Positions 31,280 through 39,245 of a stretch of 39,245 bases of DNA are shown piece after piece (position 1 is the first letter of the stretch; each line of letters opens with the position of its first letter). Source of the DNA: a virus. The stretch is from the IMG/VR virus record IMGVR_UViG_3300028835_000398, positions 1 through 39,245 of that record. One strand, given 5' to 3'. Below the pieces are notes generated by a model that saw only the letters and a program-made list of their open reading frames with translations, did no database searches and was not told the DNA's origin. A program made the position numbers and the translations under genes.

Positions 31280-34200
31280 CTACCCAAAAATTACTTGAGC
31301 CGAAAGAACCACCCACATTAGAGGAACTTAGGCATAAGATGTTTGAGTTAGCTCGCAAGACTGGTATAAAGCCACTTAAAGCTGGTGAACAGATGTTCTT
31401 TAGCCCTAAGCAAGCTAAGGATTTGGGTGTGGAAATTGAAGAAGGCTGGCTGTTAAAGCTGATTGGTGCTGAGGGTGAAGCCCCGCCAGCAATCAGCTAT
31501 ATCTCTCCTGAGAAGTGGGAAGTAATAGGTGAGGATACATTTTTATCTCCAGAAGGAGAGCAATATACCAGAGACCAACTCACCCAGCTTTACGAGGAGC
31601 AACAAGCTCAGATAATGGCAGCACCGCCTGAAGCACTAGCCCCAGAGATAATCCCCCCGCCACCACCAGCACCACCGATTGAGCTACCTACAACTATCGT
31701 CAGACCAGAGATTGATAATGCCCTCAGACGGGTATACCCTGAATTGTTTGAGCCGACAAAGACAGTCGGCTTCACGGCAGAAGAAGTGCCGATGATGGTT
31801 CTTGAGCAGATATTCACAAGGGCTGAGAGTGAGCCAGAGACATTACTTGAGGAGATATATCAGAAAGGCAGGAGTCCCGACACGGAAGCCCTGCTACGCA
31901 TTTTCAATCCCGATATGACCTCTCAGGAAATGTTTACATTCTTCGCCCCACCTGACCCATACGCACCCGTCAGGTCTAGTATCCTGAACATATTCCCTGA
32001 TGGCAAGGTAGAGGACATTATGAAGTGGGCTGAGGAGAACCCTGACGCTTTCTTTGCCCAGATTAGAGACATTGGCATAAACAAGGATACGGTGAGCTTA
32101 CTGGAAACAGTTACCGATATGACTGAGATTGATATGGCTAAGTTCTTTGCCGAACCAACCAGACCTATGAGCAATGCTTTCCTGTCTGGTGTCCAGACCG
32201 TGTTTCAATATGTTGACGGCTGGTGGAAAACAGGTCTTATGGAGCTAGGTTTCAAGTATTATGACCTGATGGAGTGGGCTAGCTTCAATGACGACCATTG
32301 GCGAAGTCAGGCTGAGGTTATTCTAAATGACGCTTTCAAAAAACACGGCTGGAAGGCTATCTTTAGCTCTGATGTCAACGAGGCTTGGGACGTATATTTC
32401 AAAGAGCGTTTAGGTGAAGGTGCTCTTACTACCGCAATGGAGATAATTGCCGTGTTCACCAATCCTCTATATATCCTTCCTGCTGGCAAGGTATCAATGG
32501 TTGTAGCTAAACCGTTTCGTGGTATACCAGTATTGGGCGAGACTATGCAGGGCGTAGCAAAAGGAGTCCAGTTAAGCGAAAGGGCATTAGCCGAAGCTAC
32601 CCTGCTGCCGACTGTTGGGCGTGGTATAAAGTGGACTGTTGGCAAAATAGCTCCCAAAGCGGAGAGATACTTGATAGCCACATTACCCGAAAGGGAGTTA
32701 CTGAGGGAATGGCTATTTAAGAATGATTACTTTAGGAAAGTGGCGGAGAAAATTCCGCTTTTAGGTAAGATTGCACCAGCAGCAAAAGTCTCTGGTCGCC
32801 TGCCAGAAGTATTAGCAACCAAAGCTGAAGCTGGTGCTGCCGTCATTCAGGAGACGGCGATGAGAAATGCTATCCTTGAGGTAGGGCAGAGCACCAAAGG
32901 TCAGGCTCTAGCCTATATCCGTGAGCTTGGCTCAACAAGAGAAATCTTTGGAGTTAGGGAAGGGCTGGTCAGTTCACGTCTGGTCAAGCCTAGACAAGTT
33001 GAATACAGCCTTGCTCTGGGCGATGTGCTCCAAGCCCCTGAGCGTTATACTTTTGCTCATAAAAACGGCTTTGAATATGCCAAGCGAACCCAGAAGCTAA
33101 TGCAGGAAATGTTTGAGCTTGCCAAGAAGGAAGGTGTGGACATCAAAAAGACTGCCCTTGAGCCATTTGAGGAGTTTGTCCACTGGGTTGTTACTGGTGT
33201 CAAAAACAAAGAAGGCGTGGTTATATCAACCAGAATGGGGCGTGGTAGTGTTGTCGGTGCTCTGCCAGCTTCAATGAAGCACCGCCGATTTGAGCGGATG
33301 CTGGACGGTCTAAATCAGGGCTTCATTTATGCTGACGATGTGGAGGTCTACGTTGGAACTTATACTGACGATATGTTCAAGGCGATTGCCGACCGCCGCT
33401 ACGGTGAGGGGATAAAAGAAATCATCGGCAGGTTAGGCAAGGAACTCGGTGCTCTGCCTGTTACGCCGAAAGACAGATTGTGGGCTGTGTATCCCGAACA
33501 GGCTAAACGGTGGTGGCTCAGGCAGCCTACCGCCAGAATAGGTGAAGTGCCCACAGTCCGTGAAGCCTTGCAGGACTTGGTTTACTCAATGAATACAGTC
33601 AAGCAACTGGCAAGAGGGCAGCAGATAGCAGGAGCTACACTCAGGGCGATTGAAAACAGGACACCTGCCATAGCCGAAAGAATTAGAACCGTCAGTGTAT
33701 TCAAAGGTGATAGAGCAACTAAGGCTAAGCTGGAAGCGTTGATATGGAAGCGGATGCAGGCTGGCAAACCAATCCCTGTTACCTTGCCGAATGTCAGAAA
33801 GGGAGTAGCATTTGGAAAAGACATAGCCCCCACCATAGAAAGTGAGATAGCATCGTTGAAGAGGTTTGTGGCTGACAGGGCTGCTGAAGGAGCAGGTTTT
33901 GAGGAGTTGTATGGTATTGGTCTCAGGATACGAAGCCTGCAAGCGAAGCGAGGTTTCCTGTCCGTTGAGGATTATGTTTCTAGTTTGGGCAAGGACGATG
34001 TTACCAAGTTCTATCAGAAGTTTACCAAGTTGGAGCGTGCTGACGCTCTGGCTGCCGAACTCAGGGGTGAGTTTGATAGGATGCTACCCGACTACCTTAG
34101 TGCCCGTTTTGAGTATCAGCGTGCTATGGAGATAGTCAAGCGACCCCTAGCAAAAGAGGGTGAGGGCTATATCAGGACGGCGAGGGGTTATCCGCATCCG

Positions 34201-37200
34201 ATGTTCCAGAACCAGATTTACCCTGATTATGTCGCTGACCAAGCGACAAAACTGCTGAATGATGAAGCAAGCAAAGTGCTAGCCTTGAGTGCCAATATAA
34301 GCGGTGCTTTCCGTTTGCAACAAGCAGCTCTTGACATATCTGCTGGCTGCATACAGGTATTTGTAGGTATGTTTACTCATCCTGTAAGATGGACAAAGGC
34401 TCAGGCTTGGGCTTTGGCTGCTTTAGTAGACCCAAAGATATTTGACGCTTATTTAGTGAGGCACGCAAAGTCAATAGCGGAGCGTAACTTCTATCTGGGT
34501 TCTCAGCGACCTTTTGAGTATTTTGAGAAGATGGGTCTGCTACAGAAGTATATGGGCAAGTTGCCTTTCGGTAAGGCAATTCTGGGTCAGACTTACGGCA
34601 GAACTGAGTCTGCCTTCTCTATGATGGCTACTGTTTACAAAGACGAGTCGTGGAGAGCTATGTCGCCAATGTGGATTAAGAGGGCACAGGGTGCGGAACT
34701 AGCCAGATACCTTGACCGCTTGACAGGTATGTTGAGCTTCCGCCAACTTGGTATGCCAGCCAATGCTAGAGCCTTCGCTGCTGGTTGGGTATCATTCGCT
34801 CCTCAATATCGTATGTCTGTGCTCAGCTACTTTGCTGATGCCCTCAAGGGAGGTATGACAGGGACACAGGTAAGAACAGACATAGCCCGACTGGTGGCTG
34901 CTGGGACTGCTATGTATTATGGCTTCTGTAAGGCTACTGGCAATCCTGTGTATCTTAACCCCTACACAGACGGCAAAAAGTTTATGAGCATCAATGTAGA
35001 TGGGCATTGGATTGGCTTGGGTAGTGCCGTAGTCTCGCTAACTAGGGCATCCGTTGATATACTATCTAGTATGGTGGGTATGGGTGATAACGAGCCAATG
35101 GACTTCCTGAAAGCCGACAAGTGGAAGAACCCTATACTCAGGGCTTTGATTGGGCAATCCGCCGTCCTGCCCCAGATGATACTTGAGATAGCAACTCGCA
35201 GGGACTTTCTTGGCTACCCTCTGGGAAATCCGTTTGAGGACGGCGATGCTTGGGCTGAGTGGGGTTTGTGGGTCGGTGAGCAGTTTACTCCTATCTGGCT
35301 ACAGGATATTCTTTATGATAAAAGTGGTGTCGGTTGGAGTCCAATAGCAGCCCTAGCTGAGTTTATCGGTCTCAGGACATCGCCTCAGACCAAGTGGGAA
35401 ACGCTTGATGATAAACTCAAAGAGCGTAGAGCTTGGGAAAAGGTTGACGACCTGACCGATGAGCAGCGGGAACGCATTGAGGTTAAGGATGAGACCGTGC
35501 TAAGCGTGCTCAGCCGTTTCCAGAAAGACCAGATGTTCAACGCCAACCAAGACCTGATTGAGTTCTACGATGATGCTCAGGCGGATGCTCTAATCAGGGG
35601 TTCGGAAATGTATCAGGACTATGTGAGAGGTATAACCATCGCACAAGCCACAATGACCACAGACCTTAATGACGCAATCACCTTCGGCATCTTGAGAGAC
35701 GGCAATGACACACGATGGATGAGGGAGCGATACAATGATATTATGTCCGCCTATGGCTTGACGATGGAACTCCTGAGAGAAAACGAGGATTTAGCCCCTC
35801 TCTTTGAGGAGTGGGACAAGAGTAGGGAGAAGCGAAAGGTTGATGCGGAGACTATAGACCTTGCCTATTGGGAGTTTATTGAGAATGTTCTATCGCCAGA
35901 CCGCAGGCTGGACAACGGCGACTTTGACTTTGAGGAGTATCAGGAAGCCCTAGAGATGTGGCGTGAGAAGTGGGGCGATGAGGTCTATGGCAAGGTGCTC
36001 TATATACTGGAGAACGCCAAGAAAGCCATACCCGATTATCCTGAATGGGCTATCAAGCTCTGGCAGGATAGACGGCAGACTAACGAAACTGGTTACTGGA
36101 ACTTGCCTCCTAAGCCTATTTACCAGATGAACGAAAAGGACTTGGCTGACGGGTTTATCCCTGAGAAGTATATGACGCTCTGGGGGCAATATCAGAGCAT
36201 TAAAACCAAAGAGGAGCGTGAGCGGTTTCAGGAGAAATACCCTGATTTCGCTAAGGATTGGAGAGCGGAGCTAAGGGCTGATAACCCCACGCTGGATGCT
36301 ACGCTTGCTTTCTGGGGATACGGTGGTCAGTTGCAGAGCAAGGAAGCCTACGACTTGGTAAGCCAATGGTCTAAGGAATTAAAGATACCGCTTGAGCAAA
36401 TAGGTCTGGGGATGCCACCCGAACATCTTGTCGTCACATACTTTGAACATCTAACTATGGTGCGTGAGACTAGCGGTAATAGCCCAGAGGTCAGGCTTTT
36501 CAAGCTCAAACGCCCCGAATATCTTGAGTGGGGAGTTCTCAATCGGGGATGGGATAATCTGAAAGGCGAGATTTTTGAGGCTCTTGAGATACAGGTAGAT
36601 TATAAAGACAAGTTTGCTGAATACGCTGCCTTTGGCGATGTTGCCTCAGAGAACTACATTGAGGACGATGCCGAAAGGAAGGCAAAGCGGGAGCGATATA
36701 ATTTATTAAACCCTGATTTCAGGGATGCGGTGAGGAAGTTGGCGGTCTATAAGACAAGCGTTAAGGATTTGGCTGTGATAGAGTCCAATGTGGATTATGG
36801 TAAGCTCACAGACAAGTTTGGAGCGAATAGTGCCGAAGCCCTGCTGTTCCGCTTTGAAAATAATGCTCTGAACACTTGGGGAATGAGCAGGGATTATCAC
36901 GGCGATAATGCTTGGATGCCGTTAGAGCTTAGCAAAGTTCCGATATGGGAGATTAACCGCCAGTATCGTTTAGAGGATGAGGCTTACCAAGCCATTCTGG
37001 ATAAATATACCGATGCCATTGAGCAGCGAAAGGCTACTGAGGCTTATCTTGTTAGCCAACCCGAATACGCCAGAGCCAGACGGGTCAGGGAAGCCTACGA
37101 GTTGGGCTGGACGCAGGAGAGCCTTATCAATAAATTTGTTGAATATAGCGGTCTAACAGAAAAAGGCTTCTGGAAGGAACGCTATCTCAGGGACAATCGG

Positions 37201-37911
37201 GGTCTATATCAAGCCCTCAAAGATGCCGACAAGCTCAAGGTGGACTATGAGTTTGAAAAAATACCTGACGAGCAATACGACATCATCTACGATAAGTGGG
37301 CGGATATGTTCACCGCTTACGATGAAGTCAAAGGCACGGCTGAGGAAATGGCTGAGGCTAGGAGGCGGATGCTCATAGCCTATCCTGAGTTTGCTATAGA
37401 CAGGCTCAGGCGTATAGCTCACGGCAGGCTGATACCGAACCAGCACGTTGAGGCTTATGCTGAATACTACACGCTACTATTTGATGGTAAGCCAGCCTTT
37501 GTTGAAACGTGGTATGACGATGATTGGTTCTTGATGGAGCACAAGGACTTCTACAACACGATGGTCTCTATGGAGCTATGGAAGCCAAAAGACTTTAGCA
37601 AAATCCCGACCAGAGAGGTATTTAAGCTCTGGCAAGTCTATCTCACCTTGCCGAGAGGTAGCCCCCGCATCGGCTACAGGGCTGCTAATAAAGAGCTTGA
37701 TGATTGGCTATTCTTGACAGGCAAGGTAAGCCAGACCATACCTGAGAAAGAACGCCAGAAAGAGATAGGCAAGTGGGGGGTCTGGGCTGAGAAATATAGG
37801 GAATACCTTACCAAGATTGAGGAGGTTGCTGTTAAACGAGAGAAGCAAGCCATTCAGGAAACCGAAAGACTAAAAAAGAGGTTGGAGGAGCTTATGAAGA
37901 AAAAGGAGTAG
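31276..37911 (+). CDS. Giant 2,211-aa virion-module protein (putative internal/ejection or minor-capsid fusion protein)
   Basis: A single uninterrupted ORF covering 17 percent of the genome, in the portal-to-scaffold slot. It has a Pro-rich N-terminal segment, a hydrophobic central region, a C-terminal array of NP(D/E)(F/Y) repeats and a coiled-coil tail. I recognised no catalytic motif. Confidence 0.85.
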   Translation: MTTQKLLEPKEPPTLEELRHKMFELARKTGIKPLKAGEQMFFSPKQAKDLGVEIEEGWLLKLIGAEGEAPPAISYISPEKWEVIGEDTFLSPEGEQYTRDQLTQLYEEQQAQIMAAPPEALAPEIIPPPPPAPPIELPTTIVRPEIDNALRRVYPELFEPTKTVGFTAEEVPMMVLEQIFTRAESEPETLLEEIYQKGRSPDTEALLRIFNPDMTSQEMFTFFAPPDPYAPVRSSILNIFPDGKVEDIMKWAEENPDAFFAQIRDIGINKDTVSLLETVTDMTEIDMAKFFAEPTRPMSNAFLSGVQTVFQYVDGWWKTGLMELGFKYYDLMEWASFNDDHWRSQAEVILNDAFKKHGWKAIFSSDVNEAWDVYFKERLGEGALTTAMEIIAVFTNPLYILPAGKVSMVVAKPFRGIPVLGETMQGVAKGVQLSERALAEATLLPTVGRGIKWTVGKIAPKAERYLIATLPERELLREWLFKNDYFRKVAEKIPLLGKIAPAAKVSGRLPEVLATKAEAGAAVIQETAMRNAILEVGQSTKGQALAYIRELGSTREIFGVREGLVSSRLVKPRQVEYSLALGDVLQAPERYTFAHKNGFEYAKRTQKLMQEMFELAKKEGVDIKKTALEPFEEFVHWVVTGVKNKEGVVISTRMGRGSVVGALPASMKHRRFERMLDGLNQGFIYADDVEVYVGTYTDDMFKAIADRRYGEGIKEIIGRLGKELGALPVTPKDRLWAVYPEQAKRWWLRQPTARIGEVPTVREALQDLVYSMNTVKQLARGQQIAGATLRAIENRTPAIAERIRTVSVFKGDRATKAKLEALIWKRMQAGKPIPVTLPNVRKGVAFGKDIAPTIESEIASLKRFVADRAAEGAGFEELYGIGLRIRSLQAKRGFLSVEDYVSSLGKDDVTKFYQKFTKLERADALAAELRGEFDRMLPDYLSARFEYQRAMEIVKRPLAKEGEGYIRTARGYPHPMFQNQIYPDYVADQATKLLNDEASKVLALSANISGAFRLQQAALDISAGCIQVFVGMFTHPVRWTKAQAWALAALVDPKIFDAYLVRHAKSIAERNFYLGSQRPFEYFEKMGLLQKYMGKLPFGKAILGQTYGRTESAFSMMATVYKDESWRAMSPMWIKRAQGAELARYLDRLTGMLSFRQLGMPANARAFAAGWVSFAPQYRMSVLSYFADALKGGMTGTQVRTDIARLVAAGTAMYYGFCKATGNPVYLNPYTDGKKFMSINVDGHWIGLGSAVVSLTRASVDILSSMVGMGDNEPMDFLKADKWKNPILRALIGQSAVLPQMILEIATRRDFLGYPLGNPFEDGDAWAEWGLWVGEQFTPIWLQDILYDKSGVGWSPIAALAEFIGLRTSPQTKWETLDDKLKERRAWEKVDDLTDEQRERIEVKDETVLSVLSRFQKDQMFNANQDLIEFYDDAQADALIRGSEMYQDYVRGITIAQATMTTDLNDAITFGILRDGNDTRWMRERYNDIMSAYGLTMELLRENEDLAPLFEEWDKSREKRKVDAETIDLAYWEFIENVLSPDRRLDNGDFDFEEYQEALEMWREKWGDEVYGKVLYILENAKKAIPDYPEWAIKLWQDRRQTNETGYWNLPPKPIYQMNEKDLADGFIPEKYMTLWGQYQSIKTKEERERFQEKYPDFAKDWRAELRADNPTLDATLAFWGYGGQLQSKEAYDLVSQWSKELKIPLEQIGLGMPPEHLVVTYFEHLTMVRETSGNSPEVRLFKLKRPEYLEWGVLNRGWDNLKGEIFEALEIQVDYKDKFAEYAAFGDVASENYIEDDAERKAKRERYNLLNPDFRDAVRKLAVYKTSVKDLAVIESNVDYGKLTDKFGANSAEALLFRFENNALNTWGMSRDYHGDNAWMPLELSKVPIWEINRQYRLEDEAYQAILDKYTDAIEQRKATEAYLVSQPEYARARRVREAYELGWTQESLINKFVEYSGLTEKGFWKERYLRDNRGLYQALKDADKLKVDYEFEKIPDEQYDIIYDKWADMFTAYDEVKGTAEEMAEARRRMLIAYPEFAIDRLRRIAHGRLIPNQHVEAYAEYYTLLFDGKPAFVETWYDDDWFLMEHKDFYNTMVSMELWKPKDFSKIPTREVFKLWQVYLTLPRGSPRIGYRAANKELDDWLFLTGKVSQTIPEKERQKEIGKWGVWAEKYREYLTKIEEVAVKREKQAIQETERLKKRLEELMKKKE

Positions 37912-37964
37912 CTATTTACTATCAGGCTTGACAAAAATAAAAAGTAAGGAGATAATTAAATCAA

Positions 37965-38711
37965 ATGCAGGACGAAAGTGGGAAACATCAGGACAATTCT
38001 TCAGAGGAGTTAGGGTCTGGACAACCTTCTGGTAGTAAGCCTGCGACTACTTCTGAACCAAAGGGGCAAAAGAAAATCACCATTACCGAAGCAGACCGAC
38101 AGAAGATAATCTCGGATGCGAAGGCAGGGGAAGGTCGCAAGTGGAAGGCAGTTGAAGTGGAACGAGACCAACTCAAAACTGAGGTTGGTAATCTGACCAA
38201 TAGGCTGTCGGAAATTGAGCAGAACCTTACAGCCAGAGCTTATGAGGAGGCGAGAACCGACCCTACTTCTCTCCAACAATTCAACAAGGAACAGGCGTTT
38301 AAGGAGCGGGAGCGAAAGGTGCAGGAACGGGAGACTAATCAAACCAGAGGAGAGGCACAGCTTAAAGCAGACAAGGAAGCGTTTGAGGCTGATACAGGCT
38401 CAACCATAGTATCTGTCATTGCTGCCAAGCACGGTCTTGAGGTCTCTGACTTAGAGGACTTGGGCATTAAGGACAGGGAAGCCCTTGACAAAGTTGCTGC
38501 CCGAATTAAGGCTGGAAAGCCTGCTGTCGCACCTACTGAGACTGACGAAGAAAAGGCTACTAGAGAAGCCAAAGAGAGAGAAGAAGGCGAATTTACGCCA
38601 GCAAGTGAACTGTCCTCTGCTGCTAAAGCGGTAGGCGAGCTTACTGTTGAGGAGACTGAAAAGTCCACAATGGAAGCTCTTGAAGCAAAGGTTGCCCCGC
38701 CTATTAAATAA
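37965..38711 (+). CDS. Scaffolding protein
   Basis: 248 aa, highly charged, with helical or coiled-coil composition. It lies immediately upstream of the coat gene. Confidence 0.7.
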   Translation: MQDESGKHQDNSSEELGSGQPSGSKPATTSEPKGQKKITITEADRQKIISDAKAGEGRKWKAVEVERDQLKTEVGNLTNRLSEIEQNLTARAYEEARTDPTSLQQFNKEQAFKERERKVQERETNQTRGEAQLKADKEAFEADTGSTIVSVIAAKHGLEVSDLEDLGIKDREALDKVAARIKAGKPAVAPTETDEEKATREAKEREEGEFTPASELSSAAKAVGELTVEETEKSTMEALEAKVAPPIK

Positions 38712-38728
38712 GAAAGGAGGACAATCTC

Positions 38729-39245
38729 TTGGCGACTTATATTACCCCACAAGTAGTAGCCAAACTCGGTATCATTGCCCTCTTGAATAATTGGGTATTC
38801 GCTGGACTCGTCCATCGTGATTACTCAAAAGAGTTCAAGAAAGTGGGCGATACCGTAATCATAAAGAAGCCTAACACGTTCACCGCTATAGAGTTTGACG
38901 GAGACCTGTCAGGGCAATGGCAAGAACCAGCAGAGGAAAGCACTACTGTCGTAATGGATAAGCTCCTAACCGTGCCTATCCAGATTACACAGACCGACCT
39001 CACGCTGAAAATCAGCCAGTTCTATGAGCGTATCATAGAACCAGCCCTGCAAGCTCTGGCTCAGGAAGTGGACTCACGGTTGGCTGGTCTTTATGTGGAT
39101 ATACCCTACTTTGTGAATACCTCAGGCACTACTACCGTAGCCAACCTTCTGGATGCACGAAGGATACAGTCCGACAACAAAGTTCCTGCTGCGATGAGGT
39201 ATGCGGTGATGTCACCGCTCACCACAGCAGCGTTACTAGGTCTGG
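38729..39245 (+). CDS. Major capsid protein, P22/Sf6 coat-like, N-terminal part (continues at base 145 of the circle and ends at 749)
   Basis: TTG start at 38729, 8 nt after AAGGAGG, with an in-frame TAA at 38705. My translation begins LATYITPQVVAKLGIIALLNNWVFAGLVHRDYSKEFKKVGDTVIIKKPNTF..., which resembles the Sf6 gp5 N-terminus. The frame is open to the window end, so it is absent from the ORF track. Confidence 0.85.
   Translation, partial: MATYITPQVVAKLGIIALLNNWVFAGLVHRDYSKEFKKVGDTVIIKKPNTFTAIEFDGDLSGQWQEPAEESTTVVMDKLLTVPIQITQTDLTLKISQFYERIIEPALQALAQEVDSRLAGLYVDIPYFVNTSGTTTVANLLDARRIQSDNKVPAAMRYAVMSPLTTAALLGL
39102..39245. repeat. Terminal direct repeat, copy 2 (identical to 1..144)
   Basis: Exact 144-bp match to the window start. 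Confidence 0.95.

Noticed and set aside
31608-37446. Numerous 60-124-aa minus-strand ORFs inside the giant gene (e.g. 32307..32681, 33586..33942)
   Set aside because: They are antisense shadows of a long continuous sense ORF. They have no ribosome-binding sites and low-complexity or hydrophobic junk composition.
31276-37911. A DarB-like (P1, about 2,255 aa) antirestriction methyltransferase-helicase
   Set aside because: The size is similar, but I found no Walker A (GxxGKT/S), DExH or (D/N)PP(Y/F) methyltransferase motifs in the translation.

Overview
The window is a complete, circularly closed dsDNA tailed-phage genome. Bases 1-144 are repeated exactly at 39102-39245, so the unit length is 39,101 bp, and the major capsid gene runs through that join. 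A plus-strand late block runs from 25973 through the junction to 10544. It encodes a possible small terminase, large terminase, portal, a 2,211-aa giant ORF, scaffold, a P22/Sf6-like coat protein, fibre/tail proteins and two small membrane proteins. I found no tape-measure, tube or sheath gene, so the virion is probably podovirus-like. A minus-strand early block (25650 down to 10664) holds about 40 mostly small genes. It includes a replisome organiser, a DnaC-like loader, VRR-NUC, MazG-like, GNAT-like and Gp37/Gp68 (CX3CX2C) proteins, RHH and XRE regulators, and many zinc-ribbon proteins. There are four free-standing homing endonuclease genes (two paralogous LAGLIDADG, two HNH). Consensus sigma70-type promoters and strong Shine-Dalgarno sites indicate a bacterial host. 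I found no integrase, DNA polymerase, recognisable endolysin, tRNA or CRISPR array. The most unusual items are the giant ORF in the portal-scaffold slot and the repeat-dense 0.68-kb spacer at 26366-27041. That spacer contains 11-bp phased iterons, 12-bp tandem repeats, inverted C/G homopolymer blocks flanking a lone antisense gene, and eight 10-bp phased GTTTA units. A TTGCCAGCT-type motif also recurs in the intergenic control regions. All functional calls come from reading motifs by eye; no database search was run.
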